Source: Saccostrea echinata
Taxonomy: Eukaryota
Assembly: GCF_033153115.1 (NCBI RefSeq)
Contig: NW_026889801.1
Location: 13,950,001-14,014,000, forward strand
Length of the DNA stretch: 64,000 bases
Direction: 5' to 3'
Under the pieces are notes generated by a model. It saw nothing but the letters and a program-made list of their open reading frames with translations, ran no database searches and had not been told where the DNA came from. Shown in pieces: positions 1 to 12,145 of the stretch (its first letter is position 1; each line of letters starts with the position of its first letter). The position numbers and the translations under genes were made by a program.

Positions 1-1222
1 TATTTAGTTATATACAAAATTACATCCGGAACAGCCGCGTTATAAAAAAAAAAACCCTTCCTTAAATGTAAAGCGATTTACAAGTGCGGTGTATCCAATC
101 AGTTTCCGCCTGTATCGTATAACGATTTTAGTCATTTGGCGATTTTTTTTTTTGTCGCTCAAAGAGAAGAGTGCCATTTGGGGATCAATCTACCCAGCGT
201 CTCTCTGTGTCTCCATTCGTCTGTTTGTTCTTCTATCTCTACTTATATTTTGAGAACTGTTAAATAAACGGATTTGAGACTTGACCTACTTTTCAAAGAA
301 CGCTATAGAGCATATATACATAAAATGTATATTCGTTGACTTTATTGGATGTCTGTGTTATTTGCCAAGTACAATGTTGTCAAATGAAAAGGTGAATACT
401 ATCAGCGATACAATCCACCTAACGTTGTCATTTGGTTTATTTTCAAGAATACTCTGAACCGTTGTTATATCTCATGAATTTTGAGAATAATGGCTATGTC
501 AACTAGCATTTATTAACATGTTTATAATACACTGCACCTTTTTCCAATGTATTAATGACATCAATAGACAAACTAAAATTTAAATGCTGCCTGTTAGCAA
601 TCTGAAATAAATCGACCTCTTCTGTCAACCAAGATAACCGGTTTTCTTCGACTTAAATGAAAAGACTAAGTGATGTTCTCGAACTGACTGAAAACGCCAT
701 GTGTTTTCCAGTCGTTCTATTTGTTGTTTTTCAAAAATAATAATACCGACTTTTAATCGTAAATCTTGAATATTGTTAATTAATCTCGTATTAATAAAAA
801 TATCCAATGAAATTTTCTCATGTGTGATGTTCCATTTCTTCCGTTAGTTAGTGATCGGTAAAATGATAACAACTTGGGCTTGTGATTCTTGGGGATTGTC
901 AAAAAACTCGAATGAATGATAATTTTTGATTAATTCAGTTTTATTTTTATTGAATTTATATTGATTGCATCTTTTAAGATAAATATTGTTTATCGCTTAC
1001 TTTTTTTTAAATTTATCTGGATTTTTCTCTCCTTTATCTATAATGCTCATATGATTTTCAAAAAAAAAGTAGATGACCACAATAAGTTTTATATATGTTA
1101 TCAATGATGCTATAGTAGGTGTTACATGCGTTCCTCGGAACACTATAGTTTTAAAACAAATATGTTCTTGACAGTTATATTTTGTATAACAAGTTTTATA
1201 GACCCGAATGTCCCTACTGAGA

Positions 1223-1268
<46 letters not shown>

Positions 1269-2410
1269 CGTACAAAGGTTCCTGGATAAGTCACTTTTTA
1301 TGGTCTCGGAGCTTTTTCACAGAACTTCATTTCCTTTGAAAAGAACGATCCTACCTCACTCATCAATTGTATTGAATCTTTTGAAACAAGCAATTGCTTT
1401 GTACATGTGCGTGTAAAAGACAAGTCACTACTGTTTTTTACCCATTATCTTAGACTCTAAAACTATCAATCTGTGCAAAATCAATTGTGTATTTAATGTT
1501 CCAACGCATTTTGTTTCAATTGAAATCCTTAAACCATTAATTAAAAAAAGTGTATCTGTGAAATCCCAAATTTTAAATTAAATTTACTAAATCATTGTAT
1601 GTTAGGTCAAAAAATCACATATGTTAAAGATTTATTTTCGCAGTGCAACACTTAAATGTATTTTAATTTCATTTATCTGCGAAATGGAGTCAAAAACAAA
1701 ATTCAACAGGAGGCCCATGGGCCACATCGCTCACCTGAGCACATTGGCTAGGAAGAAGCAGAAATCAGTTCAGTATTGAAAAGTGGGGAGGGGGGGTGCA
1801 AACTTTAATTTACACTACCTCAGGATGCTTCCATATTTATATTACTAACCATTGTTTTACTGTTCTTCAACAGAAGAATTTTAAAGCTTCCCCCCATGTT
1901 TTCCTATGAAAATCTCTGATCTCTCATTGTGGCCCCACCCTACACACCCTAGATTTGAATCTACTATACCTGAGGATGCTTCTATAATAATATGACTAAT
2001 CATGACTTTGCTGTTCTTGAGCTGAAGGGTTTTTTTTCAAGATGATTCCTAGATATTCTTATGTAAAACTCTGACCTTCCGTTGTGCCCCCCAAACCCTT
2101 GGGGTCATGATTTGAACACACTCGATTCTTAGAAAATGATTTATGAAGAAAAATTTTCGAAGATATATTCAACTAAGCGGTAATTACTTTTGCTATTAGG
2201 GATGGAATATATATACCTTTAATTCTTTATTGCTGATTCAAAATCTAACTTCTTCAGCTAGTTTCTGAATGCCCGAATTTCCCAAAACTTTGCCTCGTAT
2301 ACCCGTTGGTTTGGGAAAACCATTCCAAGGGTTGTAGGTCATTTGATTAAATGAAGTCTTCAATGCGTAAATAATGGTTGCCACCCGGCACCACGTGTGC
2401 CGACGGAGGA

Positions 2411-2483
2411 GGACCTGACACCTGAATCGGTGTTTCGGGCACATTTTGGGAATGTTCCAGGGTCTGCCACTCGTCAGAGGTCC
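2411..2483 (-). ncRNA. Type I hammerhead ribozyme (3' pLTR copy, sense to RT)
   Basis: Minus strand reads GGACCT-CTGACGA-G(T)GGCA...TGCCC-GAAA-CACC-GATTCA-GGTG-TC-AGGTCC: stem I GGACCT/AGGTCC, CUGANGA and GAAA core, stem III CACC/GGTG, GUC cleavage triplet. Confidence 0.9.
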
Positions 2484-2642
2484 AACCCAAATTAAATTCT
2501 AATATACTAGCTGTATAGATATCCGGGTATGGTGTTGCATGCAATCTATTATACTAATAAATATATTAAGTAATTATCAGAATTGAGAATTATTTGTTGG
2601 CGGTAGTTGTAGTGGACATTGTTTCTGTTTTCTGTTCCACTA

Positions 2643-2856
2643 ATAAAGCCTTGTGAATTCGAAGCTGTATGCTTTCGGATATAAGTCGATGAGTGAGACA
2701 ATGTATGTTGTCAAAGAGAATTAATATTCTCTATGTTGCGAGCTTATAGTTAAAGCCTTGTTAATCCGAAACTGTATGGTTTTGGATATATGTCAATGAG
2801 TAAGACAATATATTTTGTCAAAGAGAATTAATATTCTCTATCTTGCGAGCTTGCAG
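2643..2856. repeat. Two tandem ~107-bp repeats in the pLTR, each with an AGAGAAT-N4-ATTCTCT hairpin
   Basis: TAAAGCCTTGT...GTCAAAGAGAATTAATATTCTCTAT.TTGCGAGCTT occurs twice, with a further partial copy at 9346-9411. Confidence 0.8.
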
Positions 2857-3101
2857 CTATTAGCTCGTCTTATTTAGTTGTACAGGTTGTACTTAACGGC
2901 TCTTAGATAGAACTGCAGTTAAAATTCGTTGGGAGCGGGCGGGGCGACCAATCACGTCGTCGCGCTGGAGGAGTTAAGGCGCGTGGCATGAGAGAGATCG
3001 CATTGGCTGTTTATTTAGAGTGTGTATTGGGTTATTGACAGCCGCCTGTTTGCTGATATCTGCTCAGCATGATTCTCGCCATCACGGATTGTCTTTATTT
3101 G

Positions 3102-6100
3102 TTAATTAATATGTTGTCTGTTCGAGTTTAAAAGCTCGTTTAGGTTTCTATGTCGCTTGTATCCAATGATAGGGGGTGTCGGGAATATTGCAGAACACTG
3201 TTTATCTTTTTGGATAATTTTCCAATGTTTGCGTAATATTTTTCCAAGTTTTTTGACTGCGGGGTTGTATTTGGTAACAAGCACAGAGGGTGGTCTATTA
3301 GATTTGGTCTTGCTATTTTTTAGCAGATCTTGTCTATTGATTGTTTCCGTCTCTGAAACAATGCTGTCAATTTCAGAGTCCGAGTACCCCCTTGATAAAA
3401 GTCGTTTCTTGAACTGTGAAATTAATTGTTTTGTTTTGTGTGGGTCAGAGGTGTTCCTCTTATGCCGAATAATTTCACCCTTGATAAATCCTCTGAAGGT
3501 AGCATTGGGGTGTGCACTGCTGCGATGCAGGTACATAAACGTTTCGGTGGGTTTGATGAACGTTTCAACGTCTAAGACTCCAGTCTGTATGAATCTCTGT
3601 CCTTTGTGCACTTTTGTGTCCAAGAACGCAGTCTCATTCAAGTGAATATTGTAAGTAAATTTAAGGTATGTGTGCTCCAGATTTGCAAGTTCAAAAAACT
3701 GCAGTATTTCACTTTCTGTGGCATCAATGACCATAAAACCGTCATCCCTATATCTAAAGTGGGCCACAATCTTATTTCTATGGTTGTATTTTTTGGTAAT
3801 ATTTTCAAGGATATCAAAAAGGCGGAGGTCACATATCTCGGGTGAAGGAACCGCCCCCATGCTGGCCCCTAGTATTTGTTTATAAAGGTGGCCATTAAAT
3901 TCAAATTCATTGTTCTCGAGCAGAATTTTTAATAATTTAATTAGGTAATTGGTATCTGGGATTGGTATTGTGACATCATTTTGTTTCAATTTTGTGAGTG
4001 CTTTTGCTGCAGATTGGATGAGTTCCGTGGCTGTCATGTTGGTATACATCGAAGTTACATCATAGGTAACAAGCCAGGTATCAGGTTTCAAGTGTAGGGA
4101 TTCAACTTTGCTGATAAAGTCTTTGGTGTCTCTAACATAAGTGTGTTGTTTTTGTACTAATGGTACCAGGAAGTGATCTATAAAGTGGCCGATTGGCATT
4201 GTACAGACCCTGAAACGTGCTACTACCCCAAAAAAGCGTGTGACTTTCGTGCACTTTTCGTTTCGTGCAAACAGTGTAGCGTTTCGTGTAAACCGTGCAG
4301 CGTTTCGTGCAAACCGTGTAGCGTTTCGTGTAAACCGTGCAGCGTTTCGTGTAAGCTCCAAAGCGTTTCGTGCAAACCGTGTAGCAAACGTGCGAGAACC
4401 GTGTGAGAAACGTGTGAGAAACGTGCGACTTTCGTGTAAGAACCGTGCGACTTTCGTGCAAGAATCGTGTGAGAAACGTGTAGGATTCATTCGGAAGTCT
4501 TTTTATTTTACAGATGGCTATTGGTGGATCAGCATGTCATTCTGTGTTGTTTGTAATTAATATTATTCGGATATATCATACCGGTGGTATTTTAAGAGTG
4601 AAAAAATACGGAAACAACAAAATAAAATTACTCGTTAATGTATTACAAATTTGTTTGATTTTCTTTCTTTTTTATTTCAATAAAGATGGACAGAAAATGT
4701 GTTAAAAGTAATTAATTATTTGCACATAAATTTTAAGGTATTTGATTCAATACATTTTTTTAAGGGAACAATACTGAACATTTTTTAAAAGAAAATTCAT
4801 TAGAAATTCGGTCTTGTCCTTTTCATTCATTTATTCGAATCTCTTCACCATTCTACAATTATGGGATGTGGGATTACAAGAACATGTCGGTGATTAATAC
4901 AAAATAATAGATAAATATGTCAGGTGTGAAAAATAAAATGCAAAATTTAGTGTGTTGCTATAAATGTGAAGTATTGGAATTCTAGGCCGGGGAGCACAGT
5001 TAATTGATTTTCTTTATAAATGAACATAATTTTCTTATATTACGAGATTTTGATGCAAATTATGAGTCATTTATAGTTTATTTTTATGCAAAAAATTGGT
5101 TGATTAATAATAGTCATATAAATGAATTATAATTCACATGCATCGACAAATACAGGGTTAAATATTTCCGGGAGGGGGGGGGGGCTGATCAAATGAAAAT
5201 ACTGAGTTTTTGTTGTAAACAAGTCTTTTATTGATGATTTTCTTTCTTAAAATAATCTATTGCTTTTTGCGGCGTGCGCCCGATGCACCCCTTAAAAAAT
5301 ATTGTGATCTTCTTTACACTTTCAGCACTTTTCTTACGACTGTGATCAAGGTCATTTACAACAGCGATCACGGCTATCGCGTGCCGGGACTGAAAACTTG
5401 TTCTGCAAGTATCTCTTGTCAATCATAGATAAGATGACAACCGACAATAACGATTGATTTTTAATTTGTGAAATTAAACGGTTTTATTAGTATTTAATGG
5501 GTATAAATAAATACCCGTGGATTTTATGTCTTAAATTTATCCGATTGTCTATAAACAGTGAATTAATTTGCAATTGCATTCGTAAATAAAATAAATCCTG
5601 AACAATCATACATGTATATTAGTTGTTTTATTAATCACGCAGTTCTAGAGCATATTTTTTTTTAGTTTTTAGGACATTAGACATGTATACATATATATTG
5701 AATGTATAAGCCGTGATTATTGATTGCATAAATTATTGATTTTTTTTTGTCTAGACGCGGTTTGAAATGAAGGACTTTAAAAGGTGGTGGGTATAATATT
5801 GCTAGGCGCTTTTATTTGATAAACCAATGCCTCAAAAGAGAACTAAATGATTACAATACTTATCCCCCAACTTCTCTACCATATAAAATTTAAATGATTA
5901 AATAAAGTTTAACTCTGTAATGAAACGATATATTTACCATTTACCATTTTGAATAAAGTGCATTTAATGAATTACATGTATCGGGTCCCGCTACAGATAT
6001 CCCTTTTTTTTCTTAGAACGGGCACTTGTTTCTATAATATTTTTCCACCGATGGTATACTTACTGAAACAAGTGCCCGTTATATTTAGTCATGTACAGAT

Positions 6101-7791
6101 TTGAAGATACAACAGTAAGATGTCGATAATCTACCCCCCCCCCCCCCTTTTCCTACACAATGTTCCTGTTAGATGCAGTTTACATATTACCTTTGCAAAT
6201 TATAAACAGAACCTAATTTTATCAAATGAAATTATTTATTTTTTTTACTAAATCAAAAAATGTATAAATCAATCAATAATTAAAAAAGGGAAAAGAAAAT
6301 CAATCCGTTTACAGAAATCATACGCAATTGAATCATTTTTTTTTTTCAAATCAATAACTGAGTTTATTTGTTAGTTATAAAACGACTATTTATTATCAAA
6401 CTATAATTGGAAAAACATTAAATGCTGTGAAAGATTATGAATTATAAATATGACATTTTTTTCAATGCGTAATTTAGAGTCTAGTGAAAAAAGTTTTGTA
6501 CACAGACGATAATAAGTATTTCACCGGGCGGGTCACATACTCACTGACAACTATGTATTAATTACAATTGAACATTGAGTATTTTATCTGTTAATATAGT
6601 ACTGGTGTAGCGAGTTTTAATCTTAACTTAATCTGAATGATTCCAATTCTTAACTAATCTTTGATTAATCCGTAATAATTGAAATAAAGTCCGAGAGATT
6701 CCGAAAAGAAAATCCAGATCGAGGCCAAAGCGTGCGAGAATCGTGTACAAAGCGTGTGAGAAACGTGTACAAAGCGTTTCGTGCAGGCTTTCGTGCAAAG
6801 CGTTTCGTGTAAACCGTGTAGCGTTTCGTGCAAACCGTGTAGCGTTTCGTGTAAACCGTGCAGCGTTTCGTGCAAACCGTGTAGCGAGCGTGTACCGTTC
6901 GTGCAGCGTGCGTGTGGGGTAGTAGCACGTTTCAGGGTCTGTAGGAGAGGAGCATTGAGAGATAATTGGCCTCCCTGGTATAATCATTCCACGCTGCAGG
7001 GCTTCGGACCCTTTGAAGTTTTCAATGTCAGAGATGCAGATTTTATGTATTTTAGGTAGTAGGTATAATCTGCCAGGCCTGAATGTAAGGGGCTGCGACA
7101 GAAATCTGTGAGTAGTGTTGTCAATGTTAGAATTGATGTGCATTTCACATACAACCTTATTGATCAGATTGTGTATTTCTTGTGTTCTGTCCTTGTGAAT
7201 TGCGGCATAATGAATGCCATCATTTAATTGTCTAAGTCCCTCCGCTACATAATTGGAGCGGTTCTGAACTACAACAGTAGTGGATTTGTCTGCCTTTTTT
7301 ATGATAATATTAGGCTCGTTGCGGAGACTGGTCAGGGCAGATCGTTCTTTTTTAGTCAAATTGTCTCTAAATTTGTGAAAGTGGATTTTACATAGCTCCA
7401 TTTTAGTTGCATAGAGATAATTCTCTAAAGCTGTGTACGGTGTGTTGCCAGGGTTGTATTTAGTATTGATATATAAGGGATGCAATTTTGTATCATTCTC
7501 ATCTGTTTGAAAGAGTATCCTGCATCTCATTTTCCTTGCTAGTTCATTGAAACTACATAGCAAGTTCTGTCTTATGTTTTGCGTCCCAGGTGTGGGAATA
7601 AATTTCAAACCTTTGCTGAGTAATGATATTTCAGCTTCAGACAGGGTATAGTCTGAGAGATTGAGAACATTATTCTTAGCGTTCTCTGACAGACGTTTTG
7701 TTCATCTGATAGTGCGAGCTTTTCTGTTGTTTGCTCGTCTTATTTTATATTTTTTCTTTTTCTGCGTTTTAGAGAGCCTTCTACTAGGCAT
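3102..7791 (-). pseudogene. Penelope-like reverse transcriptase (join 7791-6942, 4201-3102), interrupted by a DNA transposon and one in-frame TGA
   Basis: Motifs VLNLSDYTLS..LLSKGLKFIPTP, KADK, LPKIHK, PGRPIIS, YDVTSMYTN, GASMG, RYRDD, FLD, SAHP, KGEIIR. Removing 4204-6941 plus one TA restores QCSSPT-MPIGHF in frame. The TGA at 7702-7704 is in frame with the upstream basic ORF 7702-7905. Confidence 0.9.
4204..6941. mobile_element. Non-autonomous TIR DNA transposon with TA TSD and 21-bp subterminal tandem arrays
   Basis: 27-bp TIR CAGACCCTGAAACGTGCTACTACCCCA at both ends, TA at 4202-4203 and 6942-6943, and (AAACCGTGYAGCGTTTCGTGY)n arrays at ~4245-4480 and ~6730-6900. No transposase recognised. 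Confidence 0.9.
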
Positions 7792-8570
7792 CTTAACGTA
7801 ATGCCGATCTGGGGAACAGATCTGCATTGATTGCTTAGTATAATGGACGAGGTTATGATCATCAGGGGCTCCTAGGGGGTATAGTTGAGGCGCGCTGATT
7901 GGCATGCGGAGTTATTTCGGGGCGCCGGCAGGCGAGGTAGATTGAAATGAGAGGAGGCGTATTTTTTTTCTAGGAGTGGTATAGAAACGTTTATTTTCCT
8001 GTGAATGACTATATGATGCAATACAGATGCCATGATTACAATGTCCGGCTTAGACTTGTTGCGGGACCGCGTATGAGAAGCGTCGAGGCGAGGGTTAGGT
8101 GTGTTAAAGCCCTATGGCTTCGACAATAATAATTGCTGCAGATGTTCTGAGTTTTGTACATATCTAAATGGTCCGCAGTGTAGAGTTGTGAAATTCAACA
8201 CTGTGGTAATCATAATCAATAATCATAAACGCCCCAAGTACGACAACAATGGGGCAGGTTCGCTGAGGCATGCAGGAAGTAAAACAGAGATGTCGACAGT
8301 GACTCATATAACAAAGCTTTATTGTACATATTTTTTATGCTGAGTTTTTCACAGTACAAGTTATGTTGGTTGGTTTTAAGTCTGTATACTAAACGTACAA
8401 TAAAAGTTTCTTGTTCAGAGAGAATAAAAGGATTAATATGGCGGTAAACCTTACCATACGTTTGGGTAGTCCACGAATATGAATTGTTTTATATACTTAG
8501 TGTCTGTTTACAAACACGTAAGATACGTTCACACCCTAGCAGTTGCAAAAAGGGCAAGGAACTTGCACGG

Positions 8571-9323
8571 TCATTTGTTACTTGGGTCCTGAAGCATTTT
8601 AGTCAGATTTTTCAGTTCTTGAATGATAGATGGTTGATTGGTCCTTGAATTTCTCTGACCATTGCCCCGTCCTCTTGACCATGGTCTTGACTGGCTTGAA
8701 CTCGGGCGTTTCTGCTCGTAGGCTCTCGCAGGAGCTCTCAATTTGTATTGGTTGATCTTTTCAACCCATTTTTGTTTGAGGGCCTCAAGGTCCGAGAAGA
8801 ATTTGGCCCGGTAAGTGCCGGCTTCACGGTCATTAGCTGCTAATTTGCTTTTGGTCTCGGCCACTCTTTTCTTGATTTCCTCATTTTTTTCTCGGATGAT
8901 CTGTGCACATGTATCTTGCAGAGTGCTTATAAGTTTGGTAAGCCCCTTTTGGTGAAGGTCCTTGGTTATGTCCTTAAATAGCTCCTGGCTAACTTCATCG
9001 CAGCTTGCTGTGAAGTTGAGTTGAAAGTTCAGGAAGGCGGGTAGGTTTGGGTTTTCCGCATTGACATCCACCTTGTCTATTGAGTGCTTAATGGTGGCAA
9101 TTCTGTGGCGTTTGAACATTAAATTGTCAACTTCCTTAATAGCGCTGTCCACCGTTTTTTGGTAGTCTTCACTTTTGCTTGCCGATGAGACGAGCGTTGT
9201 CTCATTCAAGTCCAAATCAGGATCACTATCATATTCAGGTGGTGTGTCCTCTATTTTTTGGCCCGGTGTGGGATAGCTGTGTGTTAGGTCAAAGTTGTCC
9301 GTGTCCATATTATTGCTTTCCAT
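8571..9323 (-). CDS. ORF1 of the Penelope-like element: acidic N-terminus, helical/coiled-coil core, basic RGRG tail (putative nucleic-acid chaperone)
   Basis: Intact ~250-aa ORF (ATG at 9323, MESNNM) co-oriented with the RT and lying between the pLTR copies. AATAAA follows on the minus strand near 8320. Confidence 0.7.
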   Translation of the reverse strand: MESNNMDTDNFDLTHSYPTPGQKIEDTPPEYDSDPDLDLNETTLVSSASKSEDYQKTVDSAIKEVDNLMFKRHRIATIKHSIDKVDVNAENPNLPAFLNFQLNFTASCDEVSQELFKDITKDLHQKGLTKLISTLQDTCAQIIREKNEEIKKRVAETKSKLAANDREAGTYRAKFFSDLEALKQKWVEKINQYKLRAPARAYEQKRPSSSQSRPWSRGRGNGQRNSRTNQPSIIQELKNLTKMLQDPSNK

Positions 9324-9637
9324 GTTAGAAGGTAGCAGTGGAGGGATGTATGTTGTCAAAGAGAATTAATATTCTCTATGTTGCGAGCTTATAGTTAAAG
9401 CCTTGTTAATCAACATACATTGTCTCACTCATCGACTTATATCCGAAAGCATACAGCTTCGAATTCACAAGGCTTTATTAGTGGAACAGAAAACAGAAAC
9501 AATGTCCACTACAACTACCGCCAACAAATAATTCTCAATTCTGATAATTACTTAATATATTTATTAGTATAATAGATTGCATGCAACACCATGCCCGGAT
9601 ATCTATACAGCTAGTATATTAGAATTTAACTTGGGTT

Positions 9638-9710
9638 GGACCTCTGACGAGTGGCAGACCCTGGAACATTCCCAAAATGTGCCCGAAACACCGATTCAGG
9701 TGTCAGGTCC
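9638..9710 (+). ncRNA. Type I hammerhead ribozyme (inverted 5' pLTR copy)
   Basis: Same sequence as 2411-2483 in the opposite orientation; predicted cleavage after GTC 9702-9704. Confidence 0.9.
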
Positions 9711-10846
9711 TCCTCCGTCGGCACACGTGGTGCCGGGTGGCAACCATTATTTACACATTTTCAAATGCCCCATACCTACATATTCCTATGTAAAACTTTG
9801 ACCCACTGTAAGCCTCGCCTACCCCCTATGATTTGAAAAAAACTTGAAATATACACTACCTGAGGATACGTCTGTTTTAATATGACGAATAATGGCTTAG
9901 CTATTCTTGAGAAGAAGATTTTTAGACATTACACCTATATATCCCTAAGTTAAACGTTGACTCCTTGTTGTTGCCCTGTCCTACCCCCAGGGGTAATGAT
10001 TGGAACAACTTGAATCTACATTACCTGAGCTGAGGATACTTCTATTATTATATGACTAATCAATGCTTTGCTGTTCTTGAGAAGAACATTTTTAAAGATA
10101 TTTTCCATATAATTCTATATTAAACTTCTCCCCCTCTTGTGGGCCCGCCCTACCCCAGAAGGTTATGATATGAACAAATTTGAATTTAGAGTATGTAATG
10201 ACGCTTTCACTTAAGTTTCATCTTTTCTTGCCCCGTGGTTTTTGAGAAGAAGATTTTTAAAAGATGACACCAAATTTTCACGAATTTTTAATTATCTCCC
10301 CTTGAAAGAGGGCGCGGCACTTTCTTAAATCCCTTTTACCCAAGGATGCTTTATGGCAAGTTTGGTTGAAATTGCACCAGTGGTTCTTGAGAAGAAGTCG
10401 AAAATGTGAAAAGTTTACAGACGACAGACTACAGACGGACACCGGACAATCTTCGATCAGAAAAGCTCACGTGAGTCTTCCGCTCAGGTGAGCTAACAAT
10501 CTTTCAAAATTTTACAGAAACGGAAAAAAAAATAAATTAAATTTTAGAATATGACTTGGACAGAAATGAGTGTTGTATTAAACAATTGGTGTATGCATTT
10601 GTTTTTTTATTTAGACTGATGAAAATACATTGTAGTTCCTCTTGAAAAGGAGTTAAACCAGAGGTCAATTCTCGATTCTTTGATCTTTTCCAGGTGGTAA
10701 ACACTATAAAAGAACAAAAAATCTATTCTTGGTCATGAACTGCTGTAAAGAAGCATCAGCGTTTCACAAGCGCATCTTATTTACACGATTGTACATTTGA
10801 GTTCCTTCATGCACATGTATGCGTACACATGCGTAATTCTATATCA

Positions 10847-11168
10847 AACAAGACGTGTTTGTGAAACACTGATGCCCCCCGTATGGCGACTTATAGCAAA
10901 AGTTAAACTTTCTCAAATACAAATCAAATATGTTGGTACCCAAAGTAAGGTCTTGTCTCGAGGAATATACCTATGAAATATGAAAGCCCTAGCAGCAACC
11001 ATTGAATAGATATAAAAAAGGTTCAGGTAATTTAAGCATCAGGGTCAAGGTCAAATTGTCAAAATAAATGGTGCATAAGAAAAGGCCTTCTCAGAAGAAA
11101 TATACAGGTGAAATATGAAAGCATAAGCACCAATCGTTCAAAAGCTATGACCAAGGTTAAAGTGTTTC

Positions 11169-11199
<31 letters not shown>

Positions 11200-11600
11200 A
11201 TGGATTACAATTGTTGGTATCCAAAGGAAGGTCTTGTCAAAAGGATCATATGTGAAGTATGAAAGCCCTAGCACCAACGGTTCAAAAGTTATGGCCAACG
11301 TTAAAGTTTTCCAAAAGTAAGCCAAACTCCAAGGTCAAGGTCAAAGGGTCAACGTTGTTGGTATCCAAAGAAAGGTCTTGTCACAAGGATTACATTTGTG
11401 AAGTATGAAAGCCATAGCATCAGTGATTCAAAAGTTATGGCGAAGGTTAAAGTTTTTCAAAGTAGGTCAAACTCCAAGGTCAAGGTCAAAAGGTCCATGT
11501 TGTTGGAATCCAAAGGATGGTTTTGTCACAAGAATTACATATTTGAAGTATGAAAGCCGTAGTATCAGATGTTCAAAAGTTATGGCCATGTTAAAGTTTA

Positions 11601-11632
<32 letters not shown>

Positions 11633-11747
11633 AGGGGTCAAAGTTGTTGGTATCCAAAGGAAGGTCTTGTCAAAAGGATTACATATGCTAAGTATGAAAG
11701 CCTTAGCACCAACCGTTCAAAAGTTATGGCCAATGTTAAAGTTTTTC

Positions 11748-11778
<31 letters not shown>

Positions 11779-12145
11779 AAAGGTCAAATATGGTGGTACC
11801 CAAAGAAAGATCTTGTCACAAGAAATACATTTGTGAAGTATGAAAGCCCTAGTACCAATCGTTCAAAAGTTATGGCCAAGGTTAAAGTTGGGAATTTTTT
11901 TTTTGCAAAACTGGGTCAAACTCCAAGGTCAAGGTCAAAAGGTCAAATATTGTGGTACCCAAAGAAAGGTCTTGTCACAAGGAATAAACATCTGAAACAT
12001 GAAAGCCATAGCTCCAAGCAATCAAAAGTTACGGGCAATGTTAAAGTTTTTGCGGACAAACAGACAAATAGCTAGACAGACAGACAGACGGACGGACAGG
12101 GCAAAAACTATATACCCCCGAATCTTCGATACGGGGGCATAAAAA
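10847..12145 (-). mobile_element. Non-autonomous Helentron-type element (HINE) with ~145-bp satellite array
   Basis: AACAAGACGTGTTTGTGAAACAC hairpin plus ATGCCCCC at the left end. AAGTAGGTCAAACTCCAAGGTCAAGGTCAA recurs at 11171, 11315, 11460, 11604 and 11750. GACA/GACG microsatellite and CCCCCG..CGGGGGCATAAAAA at the right end. Confidence 0.8.

Larger units (their letters stand above)
2170..9759 (-). mobile_element. Penelope-like retroelement lacking a GIY-YIG endonuclease, with inverted pLTR copies
   Basis: PLE-type RT, upstream ORF1, 349-bp inverted repeat 2362-2710 / 9411-9759 with a hammerhead ribozyme in each arm, and a 66-bp direct repeat 2701-2766 = 9346-9411. The left boundary is approximate. 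Confidence 0.85.
1704..10498 (-). mobile_element. Non-autonomous Helentron-type element (HINE/pearl-like) with ~165-bp satellite core, split by the Penelope-like insertion
   Basis: Left end AACAGGAGGCCCATGGGCC-ACATCGCTCACCTGAGC (short palindrome plus subterminal repeat). Right end AGCTCACGTGAG...GCTCAGGTGAGCTAA, preceded by a GACA/GACG microsatellite. The same satellite unit (TACACTACCTGAGGATGC...TTCTTGAGAAGAAG) occurs at 1810-2125 and 9780-10260. Confidence 0.75.

Noticed and set aside
997-1416. ORFs with poly-Lys/poly-Phe
   Set aside because: Translation of a poly(A) tract; no coding signal.
4132-4560. Repetitive ORFs (RFARNA / SCKPCSV / TKRCTV) and the N-terminus of ORF 3102-4490
   Set aside because: These are translations of the 21-bp subterminal array of the inserted DNA transposon, not real proteins. 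The same applies to 6628-7059.
7702-7704. In-frame TGA in the PLE RT as possible selenocysteine (Naiad elements have such codons)
   Set aside because: It lies in an Arg/Lys-rich linker (ARTIR*TKRL), best explained by CGA>TGA. It is not a Cys position and no SECIS was identified.
11040-11960. CRISPR-like regularly spaced repeats
   Set aside because: The whole unit is repeated with no unique spacers, the context is eukaryotic and there are no cas genes. The same holds for 43038-43157 and 52371-52560.
11405-12075. ORFs with repeated KVGQTPRSRS
   Set aside because: Open frames through the 145-bp satellite of the HINE.
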